DNA from: Minisyncoccia bacterium
GTDB taxonomy: Bacteria > Patescibacteriota > Minisyncoccia > Phycocordibacterales > UBA6065
Assembly (NCBI GenBank): GCA_044233485.1
Contig: JBIIJY010000002.1
Span: 8,047-72,046 of the forward strand
DNA: 64,000 nt
Direction of reading: 5' to 3'
This document shows positions 18,648 through 29,004 of the stretch, piece by piece. Made by a program: the position numbers and the translations under genes. Below the pieces are notes generated by a model. It did no database searches. It was given only the letters and a program-made list of their open reading frames with translations, and was not told the DNA's origin. How positions within the stretch are numbered: position 1 is the stretch's first letter; the number at the start of each line of letters is the position of its first letter.

Positions 18648-19712
18648 CTATTTTGCGAGAGCCACTCCTTCAGCTGGATGATATTTACCATCCTTGTCCT
18701 TACGGAAGAACTTTGGGTTCTGAAGATTCACGAGAATCGTATTTTCCTTAACATATCGTTCCTTAAGTACTTTTTCGATTACCTCCTGACGTGAGAGTGG
18801 ACCATTTTTCTCGAGTACTTCTCGAATGACATCCTTGACGACACCTGAGGCATATCCCCACTCCTTAAGAGCGTAGAGTCCACGGCCGACAAGAACGAAA
18901 CGACTGTCCTTGATGAGCTCGTTATGAGTTGTTGCCACGTGAGCTTTCTTGTTAAAAATCTTTTCAATCTGTCGAGCGACTTCCTTGAAGTGAATCGGTG
19001 ATCCGTGCTTTCGAATGACGAGGAAGGCGTAGTCTCGCATCCCTTTCGCCTTGATGTTTGGTGAGTGTGCCACTCCCCATTCACCGAGCGGATTTTTGTC
19101 CATTCGCTTTGAAATCTTGAGCCATCGCTTGATGATTTCCTCTTGCTTGTACTGCTCTGCCACTTCTTTCAAATGCTCGAGGAAGTTTGTGATCATGTCT
19201 GACTCTGCTACGAGATCTTCGTCTGTGAGACTTTCATAGAGCTTGTGAAGGGCGCCGTGAATCTTTTCTGCGTGCGTCTTGTCGATGAACCATCGATGCT
19301 GGAAATGATCATCTTCCTTATGTCGTGAGAATCGGTGTCCGGCAACGAGAAGGAAATGAAAATGGTTCTGAGTACTTTTATCTTTTGCAAATTCTTCGAG
19401 GAGATCTGACTCGACAACGATACCACCGAGTTCAGTAATCACTTTTTCAAGTTCAGCAAATTCTTTTACTGAGAGTTCGTACTCTTTTGATTTACGAATA
19501 TTGGTAAGGGCGTAGTTCTCAATCTGTCGAACTCGTTCTCGAGTGATGCCATAGATAGCACCGATCGCTTCGAGTGTCATTCGATCGGTATTTTTGCCAA
19601 GTCCATAACGAGCAATCAAGACCTCACGGGCTCGTTCTGGCAGACATTTGAGAAGTTGTTTGGTGAGCTGTTTCGGTTTAAACGAGAACTCACGCGCTTT
19701 TTTGGCACCCAT
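18648..19712 (-). CDS. Sigma-70 region-4 HTH plus HARE-HTH (RNAP delta-like) domain protein
   Basis: LPERAREVLIARYGL...TLEAIG..YGITRERVRQIE; C-terminal HNELIKDSRFVLVGRGLYALKEWG; terminator at 18620-18643. Confidence 0.8.
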   Translation of the reverse strand: MGAKKAREFSFKPKQLTKQLLKCLPERAREVLIARYGLGKNTDRMTLEAIGAIYGITRERVRQIENYALTNIRKSKEYELSVKEFAELEKVITELGGIVVESDLLEEFAKDKSTQNHFHFLLVAGHRFSRHKEDDHFQHRWFIDKTHAEKIHGALHKLYESLTDEDLVAESDMITNFLEHLKEVAEQYKQEEIIKRWLKISKRMDKNPLGEWGVAHSPNIKAKGMRDYAFLVIRKHGSPIHFKEVARQIEKIFNKKAHVATTHNELIKDSRFVLVGRGLYALKEWGYASGVVKDVIREVLEKNGPLSRQEVIEKVLKERYVKENTILVNLQNPKFFRKDKDGKYHPAEGVALAK

Positions 19713-19813
19713 TATTGTATAAATTATTTATGCTTGTAAATACGATATTACCATTTACTAGTCAAATAGTCAAATTCAAAGTAAAATACTCAGACCGAGC
19801 CAACGACGACCAC

Positions 19814-22800
19814 TTATTCCTTGAGAATCACATTAATAAGCTTGTCCTGTCTGAAGATTATACGCATAACCACCTTTCCTGCAAGCCATTTCGAGAGGCC
19901 ATTCTCAGTGTGGATAACTTCCATCACCTCCTGCTCACTCATTCCCCGCTTTACTGACACCGTCCCGCGAGTTTTACCCTGCACCTGCACCACAAGCTCT
20001 ACCGTATCAGTAATAAGCTTCGTTGCGTCCGCTACTGGCCAGGACGCCACGACAACGGACCCTTTGTTGCCAAGAGCGTTCCAGAGCTCTTCAGCCATAT
20101 GTGGAGCAAATGGAGCTAGAATCTTCACGAGAAGTTCAAAATCCTTCTTAGGAATCTTAACTTCTGCCTCAAGAGCATTAGTGAAGATCATCAATGCGGA
20201 AATTGCTGTGTTGAATTTCATCTCAGCGATATCACTCGTCACTTTTACAATAGTCTGATGCAACTTCGTCTCCACTGCAGGAGAAAGTACCACCGACGAA
20301 TCTTTGTACTCGACTTTCTCAGATAATCCCCATACTCGCTCGAGAAAACGACGAACACCCACCATCCCCGAAGTATTCCAAGCAATGGTTTCGGCAAATG
20401 GCCCCATGAACATCTCATACACGCGCATTGTATCCGCTCCGTACGTCTTGACCATTTCATCGGGATTGACCACGTTTCCGAAACGCTTACTCATCTTGCG
20501 ACCATCCTCACCCATGATGAGACCAACACTTTGAAGCTTCGTGAATGGCTCTCGAGTCGAAACCACGCCGATATCATAGAGAAACTTGTGCCAGAAACGA
20601 GCATAGATGAGGTGACGTGTCGCATGCTCTGCCCCACCAACATAGAGATCAACCGCATTCCAATACTGTTCTTTCACTGGATCAACAAGTGCTTTATTAT
20701 TTTTCGGATCCATATAGCGGAGATAATACCAAGATGACCCTGCCCACTGTGGCATCGTATTGGTTTCACGATACGCTTTGCACTCGCGATTAAGTACTCG
20801 ATGTATATCTTCGAAGTTCGAAAGGATCTGCGTGTCGGGCAATACTTCATTTAATTTCTGGAAACCATGATATCCCCACGCGCAGCCGACAAGCTTCCTG
20901 CGATCGAGGAGATTTTCAAGCTCATACACATCAGCTTTAGTGTCAGTGAAGTAGTAAACGTCCCGTACACCCACCTTCCAATCACGACAGATTTGCTCTA
21001 TCTTTTCTTCTTTCGAATGATGATCTTCGTACGCAAGAATATGTGTCGGTTTTAAACCAGATTTCTTCATTGCTTCAACCACATAGATACGTGAACCGGA
21101 AGATACCACAGCAATTTTTGTATTCTTGAATTTCTTGATCTCCTTAATGAAGTCATGGAAGAGATCGAATTTAGAATTCTTCATTATTTCACCGAACTTT
21201 TTCGACCATTGAAGAGCCTCTTCAAGCCGAGTTTGAGTAAGCATCTGATCTCGTGTGTGGAAAGGTTTTTTGTCAAAATACAGCACCATATCACGAGCCG
21301 CTTCCTCTTCATTTAAAGAGTCGCCAATCTGAACTTTTGCCTTGAGTGTTGCCATCCAGGTATCGCCAAGTACACCGTCAAAGTCAAAGACAAAGTAGCG
21401 AGGCTTATTTTTCTCCGCAACACAGCGCGGACAGGTCGTCTCGACCCACTTGGTAATTGCCGCGAGTGGCGACTCTCCGGTACCAGTCGGTTCATATGAC
21501 TTCACATTTGGAAGTTCTACCGGTAGATCGGCATCGTCGATCAAAAATGTTCCATGCACCGGGCACGTTGCTACAGGAAAAGGCTCGCCCCAGTATCGCT
21601 GACGTGAGAACACCCAATCCTTGAGCCGGTACTTCACTTCCCAGGTACCACCGAGCGCTTGCGTGATTTCTTTTCGACTGGCGAATGCTTCTTTACCACT
21701 AAACGCACCCGAGTCGAGTAGATACCCGTCGCCGGTATACACTCCCTGACCACGAGTGACCAGGTTCCAACCATGGAGATAGGCACGAGTATCGCCTGCT
21801 TCTTTTCCACTCTCAATGAAAGTGTGTACCGCATCTTTTGCCACCCACTCATATGAGTGCTTCGCCAGCTCTGCAAGCTCTATCGGATCCTGAGCTCCGT
21901 CTTTGAGCTCGACCAGCACAGTATGGATCGTGCTCTTTTGATTGTGTTTTTTCCCTGGATGATAAAAATGACTGATGGATGGACTTTGGAACTCGGTGAC
22001 ACGTGCAATATTTCGGTACCCAGTTTCTTCGACGAGTTCTCGAAGTGCGGCATCACTTGGCTTCTCTCCACTTTCAATTCCGCCAGTAATAAATGTTTTC
22101 CAACCGACTTTCCAGTTCAAACACAAGTACGAATCATTGTTCCAATGCTTCGCAATCACAAGGACGACATCTCGCGTGACTTCTGGTGCATCTTGCTTTG
22201 GCGTACACTGCCCAGTCGTATCGACATAGAGCGGAGCGACTACTGTCTGAATCGGAAGTTTGCATGTTTGGGCAAATTCAAAATCACGCTCATCATGAGC
22301 TGGCACCGCCATCACTGCTCCGGTACCATAACTTCCAAGCACATAGTCAGCAACATAGACCGGCACTGGCTTTTTTGTAAATGGATTGATTGCCTGTACA
22401 CCCTTCAAGACGACGCCGGTTTTTTGCGCCACCTCTGTCCGTGTTCGCTCAGTCTTTTTTAGTGATTCCTGCACATACGCCGATACTGCTTGAGCATCTG
22501 CGCCACCACGGGCAGTATATTCTTTGACGAGAGCATGCTCTGGAGCGACCACAACATAGGTAACTCCGGCAATCGTGTCCGGACGAGTAGTGAATACGTG
22601 AAGCTCACTATGGGCACTCTCAGCTTCATGAGTAAGCGCAAAGGTGAGACGTGCTCCTTCACTGCGACCGATCCAGTTTCGCTGACTCTCCTTTATTGAC
22701 TCTGGCCAATCAAGAAGTGGCTTAGGAAACCCTCGAGATGGATCTTTGAGGCGTAGTAGCCATTCAGGAAGTTCTGAATTGACCATGTGCGGTGGAGCGA

Positions 22801-23851
22801 ACTCACTTTCAGAAACCCACAAAATTTCGTTTTGTGCATCTTCACCTGGAGCGAGGGCGACACGAGCATCACTTTGAAGTTCAAAAAGTACCGCGGTCGA
22901 GATTGAGATGCGATTTTCGCCTTTATGCTTTGCAAAATAGTGAGCTTCGACCGGCGCGCCGAGTGTACGAACAAATTTCAAATCGGTATACCCTGTCTCT
23001 TCACGAACTTCACGCTGTGCGGCTTGCACAGCATTCTCCCCTTCCTCAATTCCACCAATAATAAGCGTATCCCACGCAAACTTCTTATTTCGAATAATCA
23101 AATATTTCTTTGACTTTGGGTCAAAAACAATCGCATGAGCCGCCTGGCGAGTGACACTAGGCTTGCCTGATTGAGGTGGATTCACGTGATCTACAACCTT
23201 TGGGATCGGTGGCTCGGCAACCGCATCGAGATCAGCCAAAAGTCGATCGGCATAATCCGTGATTTTGAGTACCCACTGACGAAGTGGTTTTTGCTCCACA
23301 AGCGAGTCACAACGCTCACAGTGTCCATCGACGACGTCTTCGTTTGCCAAACCGGTCTTACATGAAGGACACCAGTTGATCGGCTCAAATGACTCATACG
23401 CAAGCCCCTTCTCGTGCATCTTCGCAAAGACCCACTGAGTCCATTTATAAAATGCTGGGTCAGTCGTATTAACCTCTCGTGACCAGTCATAGTCAAGACC
23501 GAGAATCTCGAGCTGTTTTTTATATCGCGCAACATTTTTCTTTACTGAAACCTGCGGATTAGTTTTTGTTTTGATCGCATAGTTTTCTGCCGGAAGGCCG
23601 AAAGCGTCGAACCCCATCGGGTGCAACACATTGAAACCCTGCATACGCTTCATACGAGAGATGATATCAGTGGCAATATACCCTTTTGGGTGCCCGACAT
23701 GGAGCCCCTCACCAGACGGGTATGGGAACATATCGAGAATGTAGTACTTTGGAGCCTGAGTAGCCAGTGCCTCAGCTGTTTTATATACCTTTTTTTGAGC
23801 CCACACTTTTTGCCACTTTTTTTCTATCTTGGCTGGGTCGTATTTTTTCAT
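19814..23851 (-). CDS. leuS: Leucyl-tRNA synthetase with two NUDIX and one HAD domain insertions
   Basis: MFPYPSGEGLHVGH, FTTRPDT, GTGAVMAVPAHDERD, SRQRYWGEP, KMSKR; Nudix boxes GGIEEGENAVQAAQREVREETG and GGIESGEKPSDAALRELVEETG; HAD motif FDFDGVLGDT. Confidence 0.95.
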   Translation of the reverse strand: MKKYDPAKIEKKWQKVWAQKKVYKTAEALATQAPKYYILDMFPYPSGEGLHVGHPKGYIATDIISRMKRMQGFNVLHPMGFDAFGLPAENYAIKTKTNPQVSVKKNVARYKKQLEILGLDYDWSREVNTTDPAFYKWTQWVFAKMHEKGLAYESFEPINWCPSCKTGLANEDVVDGHCERCDSLVEQKPLRQWVLKITDYADRLLADLDAVAEPPIPKVVDHVNPPQSGKPSVTRQAAHAIVFDPKSKKYLIIRNKKFAWDTLIIGGIEEGENAVQAAQREVREETGYTDLKFVRTLGAPVEAHYFAKHKGENRISISTAVLFELQSDARVALAPGEDAQNEILWVSESEFAPPHMVNSELPEWLLRLKDPSRGFPKPLLDWPESIKESQRNWIGRSEGARLTFALTHEAESAHSELHVFTTRPDTIAGVTYVVVAPEHALVKEYTARGGADAQAVSAYVQESLKKTERTRTEVAQKTGVVLKGVQAINPFTKKPVPVYVADYVLGSYGTGAVMAVPAHDERDFEFAQTCKLPIQTVVAPLYVDTTGQCTPKQDAPEVTRDVVLVIAKHWNNDSYLCLNWKVGWKTFITGGIESGEKPSDAALRELVEETGYRNIARVTEFQSPSISHFYHPGKKHNQKSTIHTVLVELKDGAQDPIELAELAKHSYEWVAKDAVHTFIESGKEAGDTRAYLHGWNLVTRGQGVYTGDGYLLDSGAFSGKEAFASRKEITQALGGTWEVKYRLKDWVFSRQRYWGEPFPVATCPVHGTFLIDDADLPVELPNVKSYEPTGTGESPLAAITKWVETTCPRCVAEKNKPRYFVFDFDGVLGDTWMATLKAKVQIGDSLNEEEAARDMVLYFDKKPFHTRDQMLTQTRLEEALQWSKKFGEIMKNSKFDLFHDFIKEIKKFKNTKIAVVSSGSRIYVVEAMKKSGLKPTHILAYEDHHSKEEKIEQICRDWKVGVRDVYYFTDTKADVYELENLLDRRKLVGCAWGYHGFQKLNEVLPDTQILSNFEDIHRVLNRECKAYRETNTMPQWAGSSWYYLRYMDPKNNKALVDPVKEQYWNAVDLYVGGAEHATRHLIYARFWHKFLYDIGVVSTREPFTKLQSVGLIMGEDGRKMSKRFGNVVNPDEMVKTYGADTMRVYEMFMGPFAETIAWNTSGMVGVRRFLERVWGLSEKVEYKDSSVVLSPAVETKLHQTIVKVTSDIAEMKFNTAISALMIFTNALEAEVKIPKKDFELLVKILAPFAPHMAEELWNALGNKGSVVVASWPVADATKLITDTVELVVQVQGKTRGTVSVKRGMSEQEVMEVIHTENGLSKWLAGKVVMRIIFRQDKLINVILKE

Positions 23852-23931
23852 TGTTGTAATACCAAAATATCACAGACTCGTCAAAAAGAAAAAGCCCCCG
23901 ACCTACGGTCGGGGGCTTCGCGAAAGAATTT

Positions 23932-24267
23932 TCAGGCTTGTGCCATGACCCCTCTTGGCTCACGCCGATAGGGACGAATATGCGGCGGGCGGGCGGGTCG
24001 GGTCTGCGCCCGAGTCCGAGAGTGGCGGTCAATGCGACCAGGGTGCCGTCCGAGGCTTCGGGTATTGTTCCTCGGGGTAAACACTCTGATATAGAACGCC
24101 ATCATCGAGCCGATGTGGTGTGGCGGAGTTACAAGCGCTCTCAACGGCCCGTGATAGAGCTCGATCGAGACCGGTTCGGGAATCACAAGGATTCCGAGCG
24201 TGGAGCATGCGCCAAGGAAGGCAAGCACGGGGCAATGGGAAGCTATTCCTGCATAGTGGGTTCTCAT
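23932..24267 (-). CDS. Possible orphan hypothetical protein
   Basis: Fills the trmD-leuS gap, GC-rich, followed by a terminator hairpin at about 23892-23918; no recognisable motif. Confidence 0.35.
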   Translation of the reverse strand: MRTHYAGIASHCPVLAFLGACSTLGILVIPEPVSIELYHGPLRALVTPPHHIGSMMAFYIRVFTPRNNTRSLGRHPGRIDRHSRTRAQTRPARPPHIRPYRREPRGVMAQA

Positions 24268-24289
24268 TCAGGAAAAATCGTACTCCTTT

Positions 24290-24970
24290 TTATGAATTTG
24301 GCAACTGCCGTCGGCGTGACTGTTTCCAGGCTTCTATTTTTGCATGATCGCCAGAGAGTAGTACTTCGGGCACCTGATACTTCTTTTTTTTATATGAAAA
24401 AACTGCCGGACGTGTATAAACATCAGGACTTGCGGTGCGATCGTCTTCCAGTGAATTAAAATTTCCAAGCACTCCTTCTACTTGCCGAGCAAGAACATCG
24501 AGTATGAGCATTGCCGGAACTTCACCACCAGTAAGGACAAAGGGTCCCACTGAGACTTCTTCGACTGGGAATACTTCTTTAACTCGGGCATCGATGCCTT
24601 CGTAGCGACCACAGATGATCACCACGTCATCTGTCTGCCCCACCACTTCACGAGCGTACTCGTTGGTAAACTGCTTTCCCTGTGGTGAAAGAAAGATAAT
24701 CCGTACATTCTTTTTTCGACCAACCGCTTTCGCGATCGCTTTTATGACCGGGAGCGCTTCAAGCACCATCCCTGGACCGCCACCATAGGGCTTGTCGTCA
24801 ATGCGACGATCATCGTAGGTGGGGTTCTTTTTGGTTTTCGCTGGGCCAAAATCTTTCGGATCGTAGAACGTTACGCGGATTTTCTTGTCTTCGCGGGCAC
24901 GTTTCAAGATAGACTCAGCGAGATATGAGTCGAAGGCATGCGGAAAAAGTGTAATGATATGAAAATTCAT
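24290..24970 (-). CDS. trmD: tRNA (guanine-N1)-methyltransferase
   Basis: DDKPYGGGPGMV, LSPQG, CGRYEGIDARV, SVGPFVLTGGE, VPEVLLSGDH. Confidence 0.96.
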   Translation of the reverse strand: MNFHIITLFPHAFDSYLAESILKRAREDKKIRVTFYDPKDFGPAKTKKNPTYDDRRIDDKPYGGGPGMVLEALPVIKAIAKAVGRKKNVRIIFLSPQGKQFTNEYAREVVGQTDDVVIICGRYEGIDARVKEVFPVEEVSVGPFVLTGGEVPAMLILDVLARQVEGVLGNFNSLEDDRTASPDVYTRPAVFSYKKKKYQVPEVLLSGDHAKIEAWKQSRRRQLPNS

Positions 24971-24991
24971 GCGTAGATTACCGAAACGTAC

Positions 24992-25294
24992 TTAGAGATC
25001 GAGTCCTTCAAGCGCCTCATCGACGGTCTTGGCTGGACGAGTACTTCCCTCTGGCTCAACAATCTTAAGATTCACTCGAGCACTTGTCTTCATTCCTACT
25101 ACACGCAAGAGAGTTCGGATCGCCTTGGCAGTATTACCCTGCTTACCGATGATCTTACCCATATCGTCCTGGTGAACATCGAGCGTCAGGAGCACCCCCA
25201 TCTCATCAACGGTACGCTTTATGGTTACCTTATCGGGATTGTTTACAAGCGCTTTTACTACGTACTCGAGAAATGCTTGATCAGCGTATTCCAT
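24992..25294 (-). CDS. khpA: KH-domain RNA-binding protein
   Basis: DMGKIIGKQGNTAKAIRTLL; rpsP-khpA-trmD synteny. Confidence 0.9.
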   Translation of the reverse strand: MEYADQAFLEYVVKALVNNPDKVTIKRTVDEMGVLLTLDVHQDDMGKIIGKQGNTAKAIRTLLRVVGMKTSARVNLKIVEPEGSTRPAKTVDEALEGLDL

Positions 25295-25423
25295 ATATAT
25301 ATGTTAGAGCAGAATCACCACACTAAACCATCTGCGTATCTGCTTATACTTAATGCTAATAAATATCCACACCCTGTCAAGACACTTTCTACAAAAAAGC
25401 CCTCATCTGAGGGCTTTTTTGTA

Positions 25424-25780
25424 TTACGCTGCTGGCGCGACTTCAGGAGTCGGTTCAGCTTTTGGTGCCTCGGCAGCTGGAGCAGCTGCTTCTACTTTCT
25501 TTGGAGCAGTCTTTTTTGGAAGAGCATTCACTTTCTTGCCTGGAATTACTTTTGAAGCAACAAGGAAGTTGTGAACGGTGTCAGAAACCTGAGCACCCTT
25601 TGAAATCCAGTACTTTACTCGGTCTGCATCGACTTTCTTGTCTTTGTCATTTCGAGGATTGTAGTGACCGACGATTTCAACATCTACTCCACGACGAGCA
25701 GCGTTCTTGTGGTCTGTCACCACGATTCGGAAGTCATTTACGTTTTTGCGACCTATGCGCTTGAGACGAATTTTTAACAT
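25424..25780 (-). CDS. rpsP: 30S ribosomal protein S16
   Basis: MLKIRLKRIGRK...RIVV...VGHYNP...YWISKGAQVSDTV; start trimmed to 25780. Confidence 0.96.
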   Translation of the reverse strand: MLKIRLKRIGRKNVNDFRIVVTDHKNAARRGVDVEIVGHYNPRNDKDKKVDADRVKYWISKGAQVSDTVHNFLVASKVIPGKKVNALPKKTAPKKVEAAAPAAEAPKAEPTPEVAPAA

Positions 25781-25972
25781 AGGCACTAGTGTAGCAGTTT
25801 TAGCGAATTTGGTCAACCAAATAAGCCTTTGTTTACGACTCTTCTCCTCTGTATATAAAGAGTGCTCGCTTTGCCCAAAAAATAGGTACACTGCTACCTA
25901 CCCGGCAATCCTTGTCAATTCTCATTTAAATGCAAAGTGCTATACTCGACTGGTAATTTATCAAACGAAACC

Positions 25973-27181
25973 ATGCCTCAAATCATCCCTGAAGTAGAAA
26001 CATTTGCGCGTATTAAAGTGATCGGCGTTGGCGGATCTGGAAAGAATGCCGTCAATCACATGGTCAACTCAAAGGTCAAAGGAGTTGAATTCGTCGCGAT
26101 CAATACTGATGCGCAAGATCTCCATCACTCGATGGCCAAGCGAAAGATTCATATTGGAAAAAATCTCACCAAAGGACTCGGTACTGGAATGAATCCAGAA
26201 TATGGACGACGAGCAGCAGAAGAGACCAAAGAAGAGATTCAGGAAGCGCTCAAGGGTTCTGATATGGTCTTCATTACCGGAGGACTTGGTGGTGGAACTT
26301 TTACCGGCTCAAGTCCAGTGATCGCAAAAATCGCAAAAGAGCTCGGTATCCTCACGGTAGCCGTGACGACAAAACCTTTTTCATTTGAAGGTCTTCAGCG
26401 AGGCAAGGTGGCCGACCAGGGACTCGCTGCTCTCCGCAGTGAAGTTGATGCGATCATCGTCATCCCAAACGACCGCATTCTCTCAATCGCTTCAAAGGAA
26501 ACCACTATCAATCAGGCATTCGCGATGTGTAATGATGTCTTGAAGCAAGCAGTCGAAGGTATTTCAGACCTCATCACGAGTCCCGGAACAATCAACACTG
26601 ACTTTGCCGACATCAAGACCGTTCTTGAATCTGCTGGTTCAGCTATCATGGGTATCGGTCTCGGTTCAGGTGAAAAACGTGCAGAGGAAGCAGCACGAAT
26701 GGCAATCAACTCTCCTCTTTTGGATATTTCTATTCACGGTGCCAAAGGAGTTCTCTTCTCAATTACTGGTGGTGATGATGTTACCATCTTTGAAGTTCAG
26801 GATGCGGCGAAGATTATTACTGAGTCTGTCGATCCAAACGCTAAGATCAAGTACGGTGTCATCCGAGACGAGCGTCTCAAGAAGGGCGAAATCAAACTCA
26901 CGGTTATCGCTGCTGGTTTTGGCGAGACCTCATCAGCGAGCAAGCGTATGACTTTTACTCAACCAGCTCAATCTCAGAGTCAGCAAAGTTCATATGTGAT
27001 TCCAGTCTCAAGTCAGGCAGAAGAGACACGACCACAAGGAGCGATCTACAACTCTCTTCCGCAGGTAGAAAAGAAACCAGACACCAAGCCTGTCGAAGAA
27101 AAGAAAGAAGTCGATATCGACGCCAACGACGAAGACTGGGGTGCAGTGCCAGCCTTCCTACGAAGATCAAAACTCAAATAA
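25973..27181 (+). CDS. ftsZ: Cell division protein FtsZ
   Basis: [26 protein letters not shown] tubulin signature variant, INTDFAD, C-terminal VPAFLRR. Confidence 0.96.
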   Translation: MPQIIPEVETFARIKVIGVGGSGKNAVNHMVNSKVKGVEFVAINTDAQDLHHSMAKRKIHIGKNLTKGLGTGMNPEYGRRAAEETKEEIQEALKGSDMVFITGGLGGGTFTGSSPVIAKIAKELGILTVAVTTKPFSFEGLQRGKVADQGLAALRSEVDAIIVIPNDRILSIASKETTINQAFAMCNDVLKQAVEGISDLITSPGTINTDFADIKTVLESAGSAIMGIGLGSGEKRAEEAARMAINSPLLDISIHGAKGVLFSITGGDDVTIFEVQDAAKIITESVDPNAKIKYGVIRDERLKKGEIKLTVIAAGFGETSSASKRMTFTQPAQSQSQQSSYVIPVSSQAEETRPQGAIYNSLPQVEKKPDTKPVEEKKEVDIDANDEDWGAVPAFLRRSKLK

Positions 27182-27296
27182 AAAAGCGGCCTCTGGGCCG
27201 TTTTTCGTTTTATGACTATTTGACTTACGAAAATAGGGCGGGCACTTTCGTGCCCGCCCCGCGCGCGACTCCATCAGGAGCCGATGGCTGACTCCT

Positions 27297-27605
27297 TCAG
27301 GAGGAAAGAAAAGCTTGTTGAAAGCCTGCCCCCTTCAAGGCAGTTAGCAGCTCTGCTCGCTGTGCAGGCGATTTGATCTCAAACTCCACATCAACCACTC
27401 CATTCACCCTTACGGATTTGGCTGTGAATTTCTTCCCACCGAGCTCGATCGTCGCCTGACTTCCCTTGACCCTAAGTGCTTGCGGGAACGGATCCACTTG
27501 ACCCTGGTAGGTGATAGCGACAATTGTCGTTCGGATCACATTGGTTGGACTTGCCGATGTAACTGCCGCCTTTTTGGGGGCATCAGGTCCTGCTACTTTT
27601 GCCAT
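27297..27605 (-). CDS. Hypothetical protein
   Basis: ORF from MAKVAG; downstream hairpin GGGCGGGCAC-TTTC-GTGCCCGCCC. Confidence 0.55.
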   Translation of the reverse strand: MAKVAGPDAPKKAAVTSASPTNVIRTTIVAITYQGQVDPFPQALRVKGSQATIELGGKKFTAKSVRVNGVVDVEFEIKSPAQRAELLTALKGAGFQQAFLSS

Positions 27606-27769
27606 CTTATCGTTGTGTTTGGTGCTTGCTTCAATGTGTGGGAGAAAGCCATCTCTCCTGCGCACATTGATTTCGAAATATACTATACAATATATGTACT
27701 ATGTGTGCAAGTACTTCCCCTGTGTGCCACTTCTTTTAATTCCTCCATCATCACTTTATACTGATACAC

Positions 27770-28687
27770 ATGAACTACGATCTTGCCATTATCGGCGGTG
27801 GGCCCGCTGGAGTCTCTGCTGGTGTCTATGCATCCCGCAAGCGTATCAAGACGCTTTTCTTGACCAAAGATTTCGATGGTCAAAGCACAGTCTCTGACAA
27901 GATTGAAAACTGGATCGGCACAGTGGCGATTTCCGGACGTGACCTTTCTGCATCACTCGAGGCTCACTTGCGCGCTTATGCAGGCACGGTAGTCGACATT
28001 CACACCGGCGAGCTCGCTTCACTGGTGGAGAAAATAGATGGCGGATTCCGCGTGACGACCCTAAAGGGCACCTACACCACTAAAACAGTTCTCATCACTG
28101 CTGGCAGTAAACGACGTAAACTCGATGTGCCCGGGGCAAGTGAATTTGAACATAAAGGAATTGTCTACTGTGCGACGTGTGATGGCCCACTCTTTGCCGA
28201 TCAAGACGTGGCTGTCATCGGTGGTGGAAATGCGGCTTTTGAATCTGCCGCTCAACTTTTGGCATATTGTAAGTCGGTTACACTCATCAATCGTGGAAGT
28301 GAGTTTCGAGCAGACCCAGTGACCGTCGAGAAGCTCCTCGCTCAGCCAAAGTTCAAGGCACTCACCAATGCAAAACTCAGTGCAATCTTTGGCACAAAAT
28401 TTGTCGAAGGCCTCCGCTACACCGATGTATCTGGTACCGAGATCACTCTTCCGGTAACTGGTGTCTTTGCTGAGATCGGTTCAATGCCCAATACCGACAT
28501 GGTCAAAAATCTCGTCACCCTCGACCAGTATGGACGTATCGAAATCGACCCATGGCGACAGCGTGCAAGTATACCCGGCGTCTGGGCAGCTGGTGACTGT
28601 ACCAATATCCTCTATCATCAAAACAATATCGCCTCTGGTGATGCAGTAAAAGCTCTTGAAGATATTTACGGATATTTGCACGCGTAG
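27770..28687 (+). CDS. trxB: Thioredoxin reductase / AhpF-like FAD oxidoreductase
   Basis: IIGGGPAG, CATCDG, VIGGGNAA, WAAGD. Confidence 0.88.
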   Translation: MNYDLAIIGGGPAGVSAGVYASRKRIKTLFLTKDFDGQSTVSDKIENWIGTVAISGRDLSASLEAHLRAYAGTVVDIHTGELASLVEKIDGGFRVTTLKGTYTTKTVLITAGSKRRKLDVPGASEFEHKGIVYCATCDGPLFADQDVAVIGGGNAAFESAAQLLAYCKSVTLINRGSEFRADPVTVEKLLAQPKFKALTNAKLSAIFGTKFVEGLRYTDVSGTEITLPVTGVFAEIGSMPNTDMVKNLVTLDQYGRIEIDPWRQRASIPGVWAAGDCTNILYHQNNIASGDAVKALEDIYGYLHA

Positions 28688-28712
28688 TCAAAAAATGGTA
28701 TAATTATATTGA

Positions 28713-28961
28713 ATGAGACCACTGCCGTTTTGCAGGAAATGCGCAGAAAGTCCGATCTGGATCAGCGTCTGTCTACCAGTCGGCGCCGCAGCGATGCTCT
28801 ACTCGAGTATCACTGTCCACAAAACCCAACAAATCCTCGGAGCGTGGATATGTTTGGGGCTCGCGATACTCTGGCTTACACTCTACTGCATTCCGCTACT
28901 GGCAGATTGCACTGAGCACATCAGGGAAATTCGAAAATTTCGCAACGGCCGGCGCCATTAA
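28713..28961 (+). CDS. Small two-TM hypothetical protein
   Basis: TATAAT 8 nt before the ATG; two hydrophobic segments; terminator CCGGCGCC-ATTAAC-GGCGCCGG-T7. Confidence 0.55.
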   Translation: MRPLPFCRKCAESPIWISVCLPVGAAAMLYSSITVHKTQQILGAWICLGLAILWLTLYCIPLLADCTEHIREIRKFRNGRRH

Positions 28962-29004
28962 CGGCGCCGGTTTTTTTGTTTATAAAATCTGCTAGTATTG
29001 CCAC

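Noticed and set aside
23852-23935. T-box upstream of leuS (also checked for cysS)
   Set aside because: No GGTGGNACC motif; only a simple terminator hairpin upstream of leuS.
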